From Chromera velia (taxonomy: Eukaryota): 50,017 nucleotides of DNA. A program made the translations under genes and the position numbers. Positions within the stretch are counted from its first letter, which is position 1; each line of letters opens with the position of its first letter. The notes beneath the pieces are model-generated. The model ran no database searches. It was given only the letters and a program-made list of their open reading frames with translations, and was not told the DNA's origin. The DNA lies in contig JAHBMJ010000323.1 in the NCBI GenBank assembly GCA_018398765.1, positions 1-50,017 of the forward strand, in the 5' to 3' direction. Positions 1 to 16,644 of the stretch are shown piece after piece.

Positions 1-3000
1 TGGGGGGGGGTGTTCCTCGGTGAATGCGAACAGTCCTGGCACTGACTCTACAGGCCCAATTGGTGGGTCTGTGAGTGAGAAGGAGACCGGTCATCCTTTA
101 TCTTTGGATGCGCCTGTGACAGTGTCACCCAGTATCGTTGCCCAACAATCCCCTGTGCTCCTCTGTGAGGACGAGAGGGGTCGTGAGGGGGGTGACGAGT
201 TTTCAGAGACTGATTCGTTCTCTCTGGTCTCCCACGGACCGAATGGAGACGGAGACGGAGAGTTGGAGAGGGACGATGACCTGGAGACTGATGGGGGGGA
301 GATGGCAGCTCAACTCGAGGCAGAACTCCAGCAGGGTGCGTACACAAGTTTGGCTTCTGCTTTTCGGAGAGAGGTAGACGTCTCTCGAGAGAAACCCGGA
401 GAGGGTCGAGAGGGAGTGGTCACCAAAGGGGTGGCAGTGGTGTTGGGGGGGGATGGCATAGTGCTTCCTGAAAATGGCACCTCAAAGGCACCCCCCTCTG
501 TTGTGGTTGGAGAGGTGAGTGTCGAGAAGTCGAGTGCGCCTGTGCCAGCCACCGCCGCGTCTGCTTCCGCAGCAGCGGCCCCGACCACCCAGGCTGTCCG
601 CAAGGCCTCGATCCTGCACTGGCCGTGGGTGCTCCAGGAAGTGCGGATTCTTCGCAGAGCACTGCAGCATGTGTCGAGTCCCCGCCCGATGGTTGCGTTT
701 GTGAACACAAAAAGTGGGGGGCAGGTGGGGAGGAAGCTGCTCCACCAGCTGTACGCGTTGCTGAACCCTGTACAAGTCATCGACATTCAGGTGAGGGGGT
801 GGGAAGAGTTGGGGGGTCCGTCAGCAAGGGGGAGAGTTTTGATTTGAGTCGCCTCTGATTTTATGCCGAATCTTCGGCCAGTTTGCGCTCTGAAATCTTT
901 CTTTTCTGATATTAAAAGAGAGAACCTGCGCTGCTGTGAGTGAGCGACTCAGTATGTCATACCTCTCTGGTACGCCTTCCCAGTTTCCGCCATTTCGCCG
1001 CAAATTTATTTGCCTGTGTGCCTTGATTGCACTCTCCCTTGCCCTTCATCTTTTCGTCTCCGTTGTTTTGCCTCGCTTTTGCATCCTCCTTTCCACCCCC
1101 TGTACTTTCTTTTTCCACTGTCCGCTCCTTCTTTGCTTCACTGCAGGCCGAAAAAGGTCCTGGTCGAGCATTGGAGCTGTTCAGGAAGCTGGCAGACGGC
1201 AGCTGCAACACAGGAAACAACGCAGCGGGACACTGCCAGATGAGGGTGCTCGTCTGTGGGGGGGACGGGACTGCAGGGTAGGTTGGTGTGTGTGTCTGTA
1301 CTTAGGCTGTGAGCGTGATTCAATTGAAAGTTTGAAGCTTGCTGTACGTCCGTTCTCGACTCCTCAATCACCCACTTTCTCACGCTTTCACTCGCTCACC
1401 GGGTCCTCATTACCTCTTTCCCTCTCTCCTCACTCTTGCACCGTACATCGTACATCAATCAAAAGGAAAGAAGAAACAAAAGAATGAAAGGAAAGGAAAG
1501 GAAGGTTTCGATAACTCTCTTTCGCCCTTCATAGCCCACTCCTCCGCACTTTTCTTCAGGGATGGTTTCTTTTATCGTCAGGGTGAAAGCGCAGACTTTG
1601 TACTCACATGCCTGTCCATTTGTTTTCTTTCTCAGTACGTCCTTTTACCTTGTGTGTCGTGCCTGTGTCTGTGTGAATAGGCTTTGAGGCTGCCTCTGTG
1701 TATCTGACTGACTCTGCCTTCTTTCTGTCTTGTCTGTCTGACTGTCTGACTGGTTAATGAATGATGCAGGTGGGTGATGGAAGAGATGCACAAGAGGTAC
1801 GGGCACTCCCTAGCGAGGCCTCACCCCCCCATTGCGATGCTCCCCTTGGGGACAGGCAACGACCTTGCCAACGTGTTGGGGTGGGGGAAGACCTTCGAGG
1901 GGGACCTCAGACACGTCCTGCGACAAGTGGAGAACGCACACGTGGGGGGACTCGATCGGTCAGTGGGTGCACTGATGGGGTTTGGGGGGGGGCATGATTG
2001 GTTGATTGATTCATGTCTGGGTGGATGTGAAGCAGGGAGGGTGGCGGTCCATGTGGGACTATGTGTTGGGGTTTGTTTTTGGACATTCGGCTTATAGACT
2101 GGAGAGGGAGAGCTGAGCATATAGTAATGCAGTACGGGCACAGAGAAAGAGATAGAACGAGGAATATGGTGACAGACAGACCCGAAAGCCGGGGGGCAAG
2201 AATCAAAGATGGCCCTTCGATCGCCTCTCTTTTTTGCACATGTGTCAGTTTCGGGGTGGAAAAGAGGGAATTATTTTTTTTTTTCATGGGATTTTCCTTC
2301 CCTGCGTGCCTGCCTGCAGGTGGGAGGTGACAGCCCGTGACCAGTCAGGCAGAGAATTGTTCCGATCGACGTTCAACAACTACATGGACGTTGGCATTGC
2401 TGCGAGGATCGCTCTGAAGTTTCACCTCCTCAGAGAATCCCATCCAGAGCTCTTCAGGTCGCAGCTGGGAAATAAGATGCTGTACGGAGAGGTCAGTCAG
2501 TGAGATTGAAGCAAACCGGATGCATGAGGAAAGAGGGAGAGTTGATAGCTGCGCATGAGATCCGTGGTCAGAAAATAAGAAGTTCCACCACAGTGTTTGG
2601 GTTGCACCTTGTGCGTCGCTCCTTTGGCCTGTCACCCTTGCCTGTTTTTGTTTCTTTCTTCCTCCTTTGGGGAGGCCATTCATTTAGCTTTTCTCCCCTG
2701 TTCCTTCCCCTCTTAATTGTACTCGACCAGATCCCGAAAGGTCTCGTGAGGCCGTCACAGTCCTCATTCATTCATTCCTCTCGCCTGTTTGTTTGCCCAG
2801 TGAGGGCAGGGATGTGTGTTTGTTGACCTCAGCTGCGATTGTGAGTGTATCCGTATGTGCATTGATGAATGGATGCGTGATGTTTTCATACATGTTTGAT
2901 CCAACATATCAAGACGCAAGGATACATGTACGTATGTATCTGTGTATGTGCTGTGTGTGAACACGATGCAGGTCGGATTTCGGGATTTCATCGGTGACTT

Positions 3001-4689
3001 CGTGACGAACAACGCGATCGACCTCTCTGGGTGCCGAATCTTCTGTGACGGCAGGCTTGTGTGCGCCCTGCCCGAGAAGAACGCGAAGAGAAACGGTGCC
3101 TCTCCCAGTGGCAGGGGAGGAATGGCGGGTCTGAGAGGGAACAGACCGAACAGCGCCAGTCAGAGGGGACTCCCAACGTCGCACTCTGTCGGGGTCTCGC
3201 TGGATTCCCTTGCAAATGCGCCCCAGTTAGTCGATCCCCTTCTTCGTCTGGAGGGTCTAATCCTGATCAACATTCCCTCCTTCGCGGGGGGGGTGAAGCT
3301 CTGGCAGGTCAACGAGGAAGGCCAGGGCGAGTTCTCTGCACCGCACCACCACCGTGCGTTTGCGGGACTCCCCCACTCCCCCGCCCTGCCCGGACGGGTG
3401 CCCCATCACGCCTTCCCACCCGTTCACAGGGGATCCGCAGACGGGGGGGACGAGCATTCTGACTCCTCTGCCACCACCGTCCACAGATGCAGTCCTCTGC
3501 AGGGGGGGGGGCAGTCTCCTTTTGCCCATGCAGGAGCGTTCACAGAACAGGACGGGGATGAGAGCGCGATGGAAGGGGAGATGAGATCAGGGCACATGAC
3601 GGGAGCGGCAGCAGTGGCTGCTGCAGGTGGGATGATTACGTCTGGAGACAACTTGAGTGAGACGGACATGTCGGGAGTCGATGCGGGGGGGGAGAGAGGC
3701 CGTCGGGTGAGTAATCGGCACACTAGGTCTTTCGCTGAAGGGGGGCGGCATGGGGGTGTGCCATCGCCTACTTCGGCAGTTGCGCGCTCATTTGAAAGTG
3801 CGACGGTGGCTTCTCACCTTCCATCAGGTCGTCCTGCCATAGGGCGCATTCCTTGGGGGAATGGGTTGGCCGGTCGTACGTTCTCTAGGTGGAGGGAGCA
3901 GAGGACAGATGACAGAATGATCGAGATGGTCGGGGTCAAATCCCTCTTCCACCTGGGGCAGGTGCAGGTGGGGCTTGCGGAGCCGATCAAAATCTGTCAG
4001 GGGTCGGAGATCAAGATCGAACTCCAGAATGACCTTCCCATGCAGGTCGGTTGGGTGGCCGGTGTAGTATTTGTTTGTTTAGGTGTCTGATTGGGGGGTT
4101 GGTGTCCCAGTGAGTTTTATTTTTCGTTACGGGAGCACAGGAAGGAGTGAGTACGGGAATGCATTGACGGTGCGTTGTGTGCAAAAAGGGGAGGTCCGCT
4201 GTTTCTCCTCTCGGTATTCTCGTGACAATATCATGATCTCGTGCGTCCGAACCTTTGGATGGATGTATGAGCTCGATTGAGGCTCCTTGTCCCCCCCCCT
4301 TCGTGTGTTTTGGCGTTCGTTCACGAGTTTCCGTGGTTTTCTCTCTTATTCACATGCGAACCGTAATAAAGCCAGCGTCCTATTCCCATGAAAGAAGCCA
4401 GTAACTGAATCCTTTTTCCCAGAGACACAGGCAGACACTTAATTAATTTCGCATTTCTGCATGCATGCAGGTCGACGGGGAGCCCAGGATGATGAACCGT
4501 CCGTGCACCCTGCACATCACGTACAAGGCAGAGGGAGTGGTGTTGACAACAACCCCTCCCTGTCCGACAAAGCCAGTGAAGGAGGCGTTCAAGACCATGA
4601 GGGAGGTCCTGGAGACGGCTGTGGACAAGGGGGTCATCTCACAACAGCAAAGCTCCGTGCTCATGAAAGAGTTCAGGCGGAGATTGTAA
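1..4689 (+). CDS. DGK: Diacylglycerol kinase (catalytic + accessory domains), 5' end outside window
   Basis: Exons by GT-AG and phase: <1-790, 1147-1277, 1770-1958, 2320-2491, 2972-4045, 4471-4689 (TAA). Motifs FVNTKSGG, LLNPVQV, VCGGDGT, LPLGTGNDLA, FNNYMDVG, NIPSFAGG, MQVDGEP. Confidence 0.93.
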
Positions 4690-6802
4690 AATAAAGATTG
4701 AATTTAATGCAGCGTGACTGACTATATCTGAATGAGTGCAGGACTACAAGTTGATTGAGCGTGCTTGTTTTCTTCCTCGGCGGAATCCTCGCATACATGA
4801 ATGGATGGAACTTTTCGGTGAATTTGCTGAAGCGAAACTAAGAGCTAGTTCTAGCTAGTTGAAAAAGACCATGCACAAATTCAAAAAGGCTTGCAAGTTG
4901 CTGGCTGCAACCCGAGCCCGCCCAGTTCAAGTTAATTGTCTACTTAATTGTGTAACGTCTAGTGTAACGTAGTTTTTCACTAGCTAGGTTAGAGTAATTA
5001 CTACTAGTAACTCAACTGTGGTAGTAACCATACTGTGTATAGTTTTTCAAGCCTAGTTTTAAGCAACACTGTGCAATACTCTTTGCAATATCTGAACAAT
5101 ACTCTAGCAACACCTTATAATAACACTAGTAACAACACCTGAATTAACTTAAACAAGTTTAAGAATAAGTATTTAACAGTTATTCTTTATGTATATAATG
5201 CTCTTTATAATCATAATACTCTTTCCAATTATAACAGCCAACTTTAAAAGTTTTTGAATATACATTTTTAAATACATGCATTTAAAAGAATTTTTTTAGG
5301 TGGAAGAACGTGAAAAAACATAGGAAAAAACAAATGATTAAGTGAAAGCTAGCTACAGGAAAGCCAGAGTGAACGCTTCTCAATTCTACAGTTATGTACA
5401 CTGAAAAAGTTTAATTAATTCAAATGTTAAAGTTTAGGGGCGGACTTTATTATGAAACATAACTTTACTAGTTGCTTTACAGATCAGACCCTAGATCAGA
5501 CCTACGTACAAGATTAAAAATGATTTCGTTCTAGATTTTGTTATACGTATGCAAATGTATCAAACCGTATTCCAATCGATTGGAAATAAGGTGACTTAGA
5601 AGTTCACCGACTAGTTTCAAGTTACCGACCGTAACTGACGTCAGCACGCGGAAAAAGCCGCTGCTAAAGTCAAACGATCCCAGAAACGATCGATTGAGCA
5701 TACCAAAATGAGACCAAAAGTGGCCTGTCACTGCAAAACTGCGCGGCCGTCCTCAGCGCCCGTCCGCTTCAAACAAATGACAAGAAATCTATACAAAAAA
5801 TGCACATGCTCGTCTTGCCATACATGGATGGGGCTGCTGAACTGCACTGCGTGGCATTGCAAGAGTTAACAAAAAAACTGATGAACACTGATGCCATACG
5901 AGCTCAAACTCGGAAGGTTTCTCGACGTGGAGCAGGACACTTACGCCATCTCTCCCAAGTCTCTCTTTCTCTCTCTCTGTGTACTTACTTTCAGTGCGCT
6001 ATGCTGTACTTTTCTTCTGTCTTTCTTCGATTGCCCGAGTCTAAGTGCCTCTTTGCCGGCCTTCCTGTCTTTCTAACCGTTCGATCATCTGCTCTGATGG
6101 TCCATTCGGGGCCGAACTCTTTAGAGCTTTCACTCAACTGTACCCCCCGATGTCTCTCTGTCTCCCTCTCTTCATCTACCTCTGCGGGCTTTTGTATGTA
6201 CAACAACTTGTGAGTCCAAACGAGGAATAAGAAAAAGACGATCAAAGGAATTCAATCAATCAATCGGGTCTTCCTTCCAGCCACACCACAACAGACAGAC
6301 GTCTGCACATGCAGCCTCTCCTTTTCTTTCTTTCTTGCTCCGCTCCTCTGTCTAAGAAGAGCGTGTCATTCTTCACATCAGGTCCTCAAAAGGGAACACG
6401 ACATTCAGGGCCTTTCTGCACACACGTCAGCAAGCAAGCAAGCAGAGAAGCAAACCAACGAGAGGGGAAGAGGAGCAGGAGCTCAGAAGGTAACTCTGCA
6501 TGTGCCATCATGCTGAAATGAAATACTTCGACAGAGGACTTCCGAGAGTCGGCATACACTGGACAAGGAAGGACAAAAGAAGAGCAGCACCAAACGAAAC
6601 GACAGCGTTGTCTGAGCAGGTGGAGGGAAGGCACAATATGTATTAATACTTCATTGCTAGACCAGGACCACCATATGCCTGTGCTTGGGTCACCACAGAA
6701 AAGGAAGAAACCCTTAAAAAGCGATATTCGAACTTGCACAAGCCACGAAACGCCCCCGAGGTACCTAGTAGACCTCCCCTTGCATTCACGCATCCCACCC
6801 AT

Positions 6803-9080
6803 TTACTGAAGGGCCGACAAAAAAAGCGAGCACCACCCCAAACAATCCATCCGACCAACCAACCTTGTGGGCCACCATGCGAACGGCGCAGTTCGTTCCT
6901 TGATGAGGAGGGGAAGAAGAATTCGCGCGCCCGCATGGAGCATCTGTAAGTTGCCCGACAGACACACAGGGAGACGGAGAGGCAAAGTCTCAATGGATGG
7001 CTGAAAGACAAAAATTTGAGAGACCAATCATCCCTTCAGACAGACAACTGACGCACGAATTCTGCAAGTGCGCATGCAAGGACGCTCTCCAATCGATCGT
7101 ACTTGTGAACGGGTTAATTCGTCATCTCTTTCCCCCCCCCCTTCGATTATTCTTTCCCGTCCCGTCTTTCCTTTCACTTCTCCCTTCCCCCTCTTTTTCA
7201 GTTTCTTTTCTTTCCCTCTTTCACTTTTTCGAAGACAGTCAGGCAGTCAGTGAGTCAGTCAGTCAGTCATTCAGCCAGGCACCCAGAAACACAAGTCAGT
7301 GCGGACAGGGAGGACAGAGAAAGAGACGCACACAGTGCCATACAACCTGTGAGTGATCCAGTGACGAGAAGAGACGAGACAGACCTGATAGATGTCCCTG
7401 AGGGCAGACGGGGACACTGCGCCCATTCCCCTCTCCAAGCAAAAGTCCCTCAAGGCAAACACGACCACAAGGAAGAAATGAGTGGAGAGCACCCACGGCT
7501 TCTCACACAGTCCTGACAAGAGACCTGCATGCACGCATGCACTCTCCCATTTTATTTTGTTTCTGTGGACACATAAGCTATGGCAGAGATGCCTGACGCA
7601 CTCCTTCAGTGAAGAAAGGTACATAGATTGCTTGAGATGATCCCTCTCACATTCTTTAGCGCCTTTTCTCTTTCCCCTCCCACCGACTTCTGCGGATAAT
7701 GTGCAACAGAAAGAAAATAAGACACAAGAAGTGAGCATGCCGCTGCCCAAGATGCTCATAAAGAGAAGATGAATCAGATAAACATTCTCTTTCTGTATCC
7801 AAACAAAACGAAGCGGCTACACATGAAGATAGGAAGCAACAGAGACAGTCTGATCTCATCTCACTCATCTGTCCATGCTCATCCAAGCCACTCATCGAAA
7901 TTAAAAAAAAAAAAAAAAACTCACCCATGGGACCTGCAGCGCAAACACCCCCGTTGGACAAATACCTGCATGCATGCAAACAGGTAGTATAGGAGGCGGA
8001 AAAAAGGAAAAGAAAAGAAAAGAAAGCGCGGGATGCACCCTTCTGACGCTCCCCCCCTTCACCCTTTTCCTCGGTTCAACTGTCCATTCACCATGCAAGA
8101 GGGCTACTGAGAAAAAGAACCGTTCGCACGGCTGGTTGTGAATCACAGGGGTTTTGAAGACAGACTATTCTGCCGAAGGAAAGAGAAGCAAATTACTAAA
8201 AACGACAGACATGCAGAGACGGGAAGGGCAAGGAAAGGAAAGGAATAGAAAGCAGGCAAGTCAGACCTGAAGCATGCAGTGCGGATGCGCGCCCTTGCCC
8301 TGTCCCCCCCTGGTGGAGCGAAGACTTGGTGGAGTGCATTCGCGAGGGTGTTCAGCGTGCTCGCATAAGGACAACGACGTCTGTAGACAAAAAAAGGGGA
8401 CAGACAGAGAAGAACCGAGCAGAAAAAGGAAAGGGTCTTCTCCATTCATTCGTTGTCTGCTTTGCTATCATTGCATTTGCTGAAGTGAGACGACAATCTT
8501 TCAGTCGCACCGCCTCACTGCACTGCATCCGGCTGTCTGACACTGCACGAGGATCACAGACTCTTTGAACATGCAGATTTGTTGTCTGATGTTGGCGTGG
8601 ACACGTCGGTAGGCTCATGCACACAGCCACCACCCAAAAATGTACAAACACAACATTGTTCGCAAACAGGAGGGAACAGGACCAAGGCAGGAGGACATTC
8701 ATGACCGCCATACATCGATAGTGTTTTTCCGACTTGACAAAGACTTCAATGTCTGCACTTAAGGAATCGTGGAGAAGACACATGGCCCCGCGTCCAGCCT
8801 TCCAAATTTCCTCCCTCTGACTCACCTGAGAAATTCTGATTCGATCTTTCGCGTCTCTACAGGGATGCCCTTCCCGTCTCGAGTCAGAAGATCCGAGAGG
8901 TTCTCCACGTCTCTGCAGGCAGGCAAGGAAGGAGGCAGGATCCTCATCTCATTTTATTTTATCTCGGCGTGCAAAGAGGATGTTGGAAGACTCGATGGAA
9001 CACGAGAAGAAAATTTGCACAGGGAACACCCATACACACAGACACAGACACAGACACAGACACACACACCTACACACACA

Positions 9081-9122
<42 letters not shown>

Positions 9123-10547
9123 AACAAACACCCCCCCTCGCCTTCAGGGATCGATTTTTCGCGAATGCAGGCACTCTGAAGAAAAACGGCCCGTGAATCC
9201 AATTTTCAAAAGCGCCTTCGGCAAGGAGGATCAAAAGACAAACACAAGAGAGAGTGGGTCCAAGCCTCACCATCCCGCAGCATTTTGTAATTCAAAAAAC
9301 AAAAACAAAAGTCTCCTCCGGGCCTCCCTCACCCCCCTGCAGGACTCACCGAAGGCCCACAGTCATGCCACACCCCGTCAGAGCATGCCTCAGATTCAGA
9401 GCGTCCCCCAGCATCAGAACCCCCTCCCTGCCCACTGCCAAGCTGCTCCCCTTCCTGCCTGCCAGGCGTGCGTCATCTGCAGGGGTGAGGGAGTAGGAGT
9501 TCTTCAGGGAGATAATCGACGACGCCCCTGCCGTCCCATCAGCAGAAGATGCCAGGAGCTCTCGGAAGGGCCCCCTCGTCTCCTCAGGAAGTTGGGGAGC
9601 CACCACGTCTCTCAGGTAACTGTACACGGCCCCGGAGGAAGGGGCGTCTCCACCGGACCCAGAAGGCAGATGTGCGCTGCCGTGGTCGTCCACACACACA
9701 AGCACTCGAGTCTCCGTGGGAGAGATCTGCGCATTCATTTGACAGAGGGGGGGAGGCATGAGGGGTGGGTAGGTCGAAAAGAAAGGAAGCCAAGTAAGGA
9801 GAAGAGAAATGAGGTTGACTTCTTCGGAGCCGTCATGAGTCAAATGAGAGAGAGAGAAACCGAGAGAGAAGGGAGGCAAAGCCAGGGTGAGTAACAGGTG
9901 TAGAGGGAACGAGAAAGAAAGAGGTTGGGAGGACCGCTATATGACAGTTCCAGAGACAAAGGTGGGGAGGCGAGCAAACAAAAGAAGGGAACCCTACGTG
10001 GAGCACGATCTCTCCCCCCCCCCCCCCCNNNNNNNNNNNNNNNNNNNCCCCCCGCGCTGAGTGTGCGTGCATGTGCAGAAAGGGGGGGGAGGGAAGGGAT
10101 CAGACAGACGGCGGATGAAACCAATCCCCACCCCCTCCAGACAGACCTGATAGATCAATACAGGGGACGGGGTGGCCAGCACGACGTGGCCATGGCCTGC
10201 CGAGGGCACGGGCGGCCTCATACTTTCGTGATTCAGTAGCACACCTGCATGCACTCAGTACAGGACAAGATGATTCGATCAGTTTTCCTCGTGCAACGCT
10301 TTTTTCCCACGCAGAGCTGACGAAAAGGGGAATTTCGCTGACGTCCTTCCGACAGAGGAAGGTAATCGAGCAACACATAATAAAACTTCTGTGTATGGAG
10401 GTAGGTGAAGGAAGGACGGAAGAAAGAGAATGAATGAATGAAAAAATGAATGAATGAATGAATGAATGAATGAAAGAAGGTAGGAAGGAAGGAAAGAAAG
10501 AAAAGAAAGAAAGAAAGAAAGAAAGAAAGGAAGGAAGGAAGGAAGAA

Positions 10548-10578
<31 letters not shown>

Positions 10579-10745
10579 GAAGGAAGGGAAGGAAGGAAGG
10601 AAGAAAGAAAAGAAAGAAAGAAAGAAAGAAAGGAAGGAAGGAAGAAAGAAAGGAAGAAAGAAAGAAAGAAAGAAAGAAAGGAAGGAAGGAAGGAAGGAAG
10701 GAAGAAAGGAAGGAAGGAAGGAAGGAAGGAAGAAAGAAAGAAGGA

Positions 10746-10784
<39 letters not shown>

Positions 10785-10873
10785 GAAGGAAGGAAGAAAG
10801 AAAAGAAAGAAAGAAAGAAAGGAAGGAAGGAAGGAAGAAAGGAAGGAAGGAAGAAAGAAAGAAAGGAAGGAAG

Positions 10874-10907
<34 letters not shown>

Positions 10908-10908
10908 A

Positions 10909-10940
<32 letters not shown>

Positions 10941-13030
10941 GAATGAAAGAGAGAGAGGGAGAGAGAGGAGGGACGATCGTAAAAAGCTCCTGTGTGGTGG
11001 TACCACAAAGCTCAAATAAAAAACCAGCCCCCCACCTGCCCAAGTGCTCAGACGGACGGGACCTCCCCTTCGGACTTCTTTTCGAAGAGCGAACCCTGCA
11101 CGGAGGGAGGAGGCAGGGCGGTACACACAGCGAGAAAGAGTACGCAACCACACAGAGACGCACCAAGCTATGGGGGGGTTGAAAGAGGAAAGAAAGCAAA
11201 AGGATCTCAATCAAACCAGCCACCAAGAGGATGAGAACAGGAGAAAAGACAGAGAGCATCTATGGAACAGCGAAGAAAAATTTGGAAGGAACCACAGAGC
11301 AGTGCAGGAATCAGAGACTCAGCACATGACCAAAGGAAGCAAGAGGGATGTCAATTACTCCCCTGCCATATGCGGGAGAGGAAAGAGACGGACATGCCAA
11401 TCAGACTACAAAAACGCCGCAGCAAATGCTGCCCCCCCCGAGCCTCTCCCTTCAGTAGACGATCGACTGACTCACCCGACGGTTGTCCTCCATCGCACAC
11501 AACAGTGAGGGGAGCAGAGAGGCAGGCTGCCTGCGGATCACCAGGCACTGGTCCCTTGGCATGGATCGCGGCCTCGGCCCCAAATCCTAGAATGCCGCCC
11601 CAGTCCACCTCCTCTGTCGCCTCATGAACCGACTTATCCAGCTCAACTCCAACCACCCTCTCTGTCTCCCCTTCTCTCCTGATTTTCAATTTCTTCACCG
11701 AAGCCTCCAAGAGCGTCACATTGCCACACGCAGCTGCGTGCTTTCGAAGCTCCTGAACGAACCTGCCGTTGTGGTACGCAAATCCAATCGGAGACCCGGT
11801 CTCGGCTGCGCGACGGGCTGCTGCCTCTGCAAATGTGCCCCCATAGGAAAGGGAGTCTGATTTCTCTCCCTTCTCTCTGTCCTGTTGATGTGAGGGTCTC
11901 TCGCTGAGTCCGCTTCTCCCAAGAGAGGACGTGACCGTCGTTTCCGTCTCTGCATCGCTTCTCTGGCGCTCACACTCCCTTCCCTGGTTCTGATTTGCTT
12001 CGAGAAACCCCATCATTTCCTTCCATGTTGCAGGGTCTCTGTCAGGATAATACAGAGAGGTCTGTTGAGGTTCCAGGACAGGCACGCCCTCCACCGACCC
12101 AAGGGAGCCTCCCCCCTCGGCGTCGATGCCTTCAGGTACCACAAGGAGGTAACCTGCCGGAGGAGGGAAATGAAGTGAGGGCAGGGGTCTAGAATGAACA
12201 GAGAGAGGGCAGGGGTCTAGAATGAACAGAGAGAGGGAAGGAAGGGGAAGGAGTGGGGGGAACAAGGTCGAGGAGCTCAGCAGGCATGTATGCAGGAGGA
12301 TATCAGTATGTAAAAAGAGCAGAGAAGTGGCAGTAAGGAGAAGACCTACAGAGCAGACAGAAACCGGGAGGCATCAGTCCAATTCCCAGACACACAGACG
12401 GAAGGGGGTAGCGTGATGTAGCGCCACTATAGGAGAGAGGGAGAGGACGGCTTTGCCGACAGAAGCAGAGCACACTTGAGTTAGGAGACGGCCAAAGTCA
12501 CGGAGACGGAGGCACTACCCAGGTACGGACCTGCAGACGGCACAGCTCCGATATTCTTCGTCACGCACTCGTCAAGACCCAATCGTTGAAGACACCGAAA
12601 GCCTGCGGGCTGGAGATACTCCCCGATGATGCGGTGCTGGAGTGAAAAACTTTTGTCAACCAGAGCTACCCTCTTGCCGCTCTTTCCCAATTTGACTGCC
12701 AGACTGGCTCCTACAGTTCCTGCACAAAGGCAAGACAAAAGAGGGGAAAGTGATTGGTCTTCATGAAGTGGCGCTGATGATAACACACCGAGAGGAAGTG
12801 TACCGACCAGCACCGACGATGATGACATCAAAGCCTCCTTTTGTTTGCTCGTAACCATCAGATACAGCTGCGTTGGCCTTTCTCCTCATCCAGACGCGAT
12901 GACACAAAAAAGAAGCGGGGATGCTGCAAACTCCAGCAGCAAGTGCACTGCACAAAACCCAGTTAGGAATGCTCAAGAAGGACTTTTCCTTCAAAAAGGG
13001 TAGAACACTCTCCAGGGAAAACTTGTCCAT
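6803..13030 (-). CDS. SQE: Squalene epoxidase/monooxygenase (FAD-dependent, ERG1/SQLE family); last exon uncertain
   Basis: Phase-consistent exons 13030-12808, 12719-12531, 12153-11476, 11095-11036, 10244-10147, 9726-9350, 8912-8826, 8380-8267, 7965-7925, 7524-7385, 6943-~6803. N-terminal hydrophobic segment, [95 protein letters not shown]. Confidence 0.92.
10405..10970. repeat. Compound (GAAT)n/(GAAA)n/(GGAA)n microsatellite in an SQE intron
   Basis: About 500 nt that is almost purely purine on the + strand. Confidence 0.95.
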
Positions 13031-13720
13031 CCTTTGACAGTCAGGAAGACCCAAAGAAACCCGGAGTGAACTGAAAGGCAATCCCACTCGGCTTAGAAGA
13101 CACAGCTAGCGCTCGGTAACTTCTACCTCCCTGCTGTATGCCGACCGCTGGCTCGTCTTGTAGAGGAGATGCAAGCGACTACAAGACTTAGTACAAGTTT
13201 TCATTTTGCATTCAGTTCGAAGCATGCGATCTTCGTCGTGCCGCAGACTGAGCCGCTGGCCGAAGTTTTTGACGCACGCAAAATGAGCCAAAGTGCCCAA
13301 TCGGCTTATATAGGAAGGGTTTTTTGGATGCCGCGGCATGTCCAGAAAATATATATAATTTTCATTTTACATATCTATATTTTCGAGAGTGTGCGTATAC
13401 CGAGCTTCCGGGGGCCACGTCACGTGCATGCACGCGTGAAAATCGCGTATACGAGTGGCCGAATTCGCATGCATTCGGCAAAGGTGTTGGAAGGAAGGGC
13501 GAATCTGCTGTCCTTGTATGATGCCCCTTTGACATCAACATTCGTTTAGCACCTCCAGAATCGTACAGAGCCCCCGGCAAAGAACTGAGGCATCCCTAGG
13601 TTCCACATTCTGTACACCAAAAGTCAGGTAGACTGTCGTAATCGGGTGAGGTGAAACCGCTGTTCTCTCCCCCCCCCTCGAACAACCTTCCAGAACCGGC
13701 TTCTCCGGCTTCTTCTCACA
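13031..13720. promoter_or_regulatory. Putative bidirectional promoter between SQE and PP1
   Basis: Divergent ATGs 690 nt apart; palindrome CGTGCATGCACG (13423-13434) overlapping CACGTG. Confidence 0.5.

Positions 13721-16644
<2,924 letters not shown>

Noticed and set aside
5800..6245. Short ORFs between DGK and SQE 3' ends
   Set aside because: No recognisable domain or consistent exon chain.
8980..9894. 304-aa plus-strand ORF
   Set aside because: Antisense to an SQE exon plus CA/GA repeats; no motifs.
10100..11259. Long F/L/S- and K/E/R-rich ORFs
   Set aside because: Translations of the intronic microsatellite.
12179..12236. Two-copy ~29-bp tandem repeat in an SQE intron
   Set aside because: Ordinary slippage duplication.
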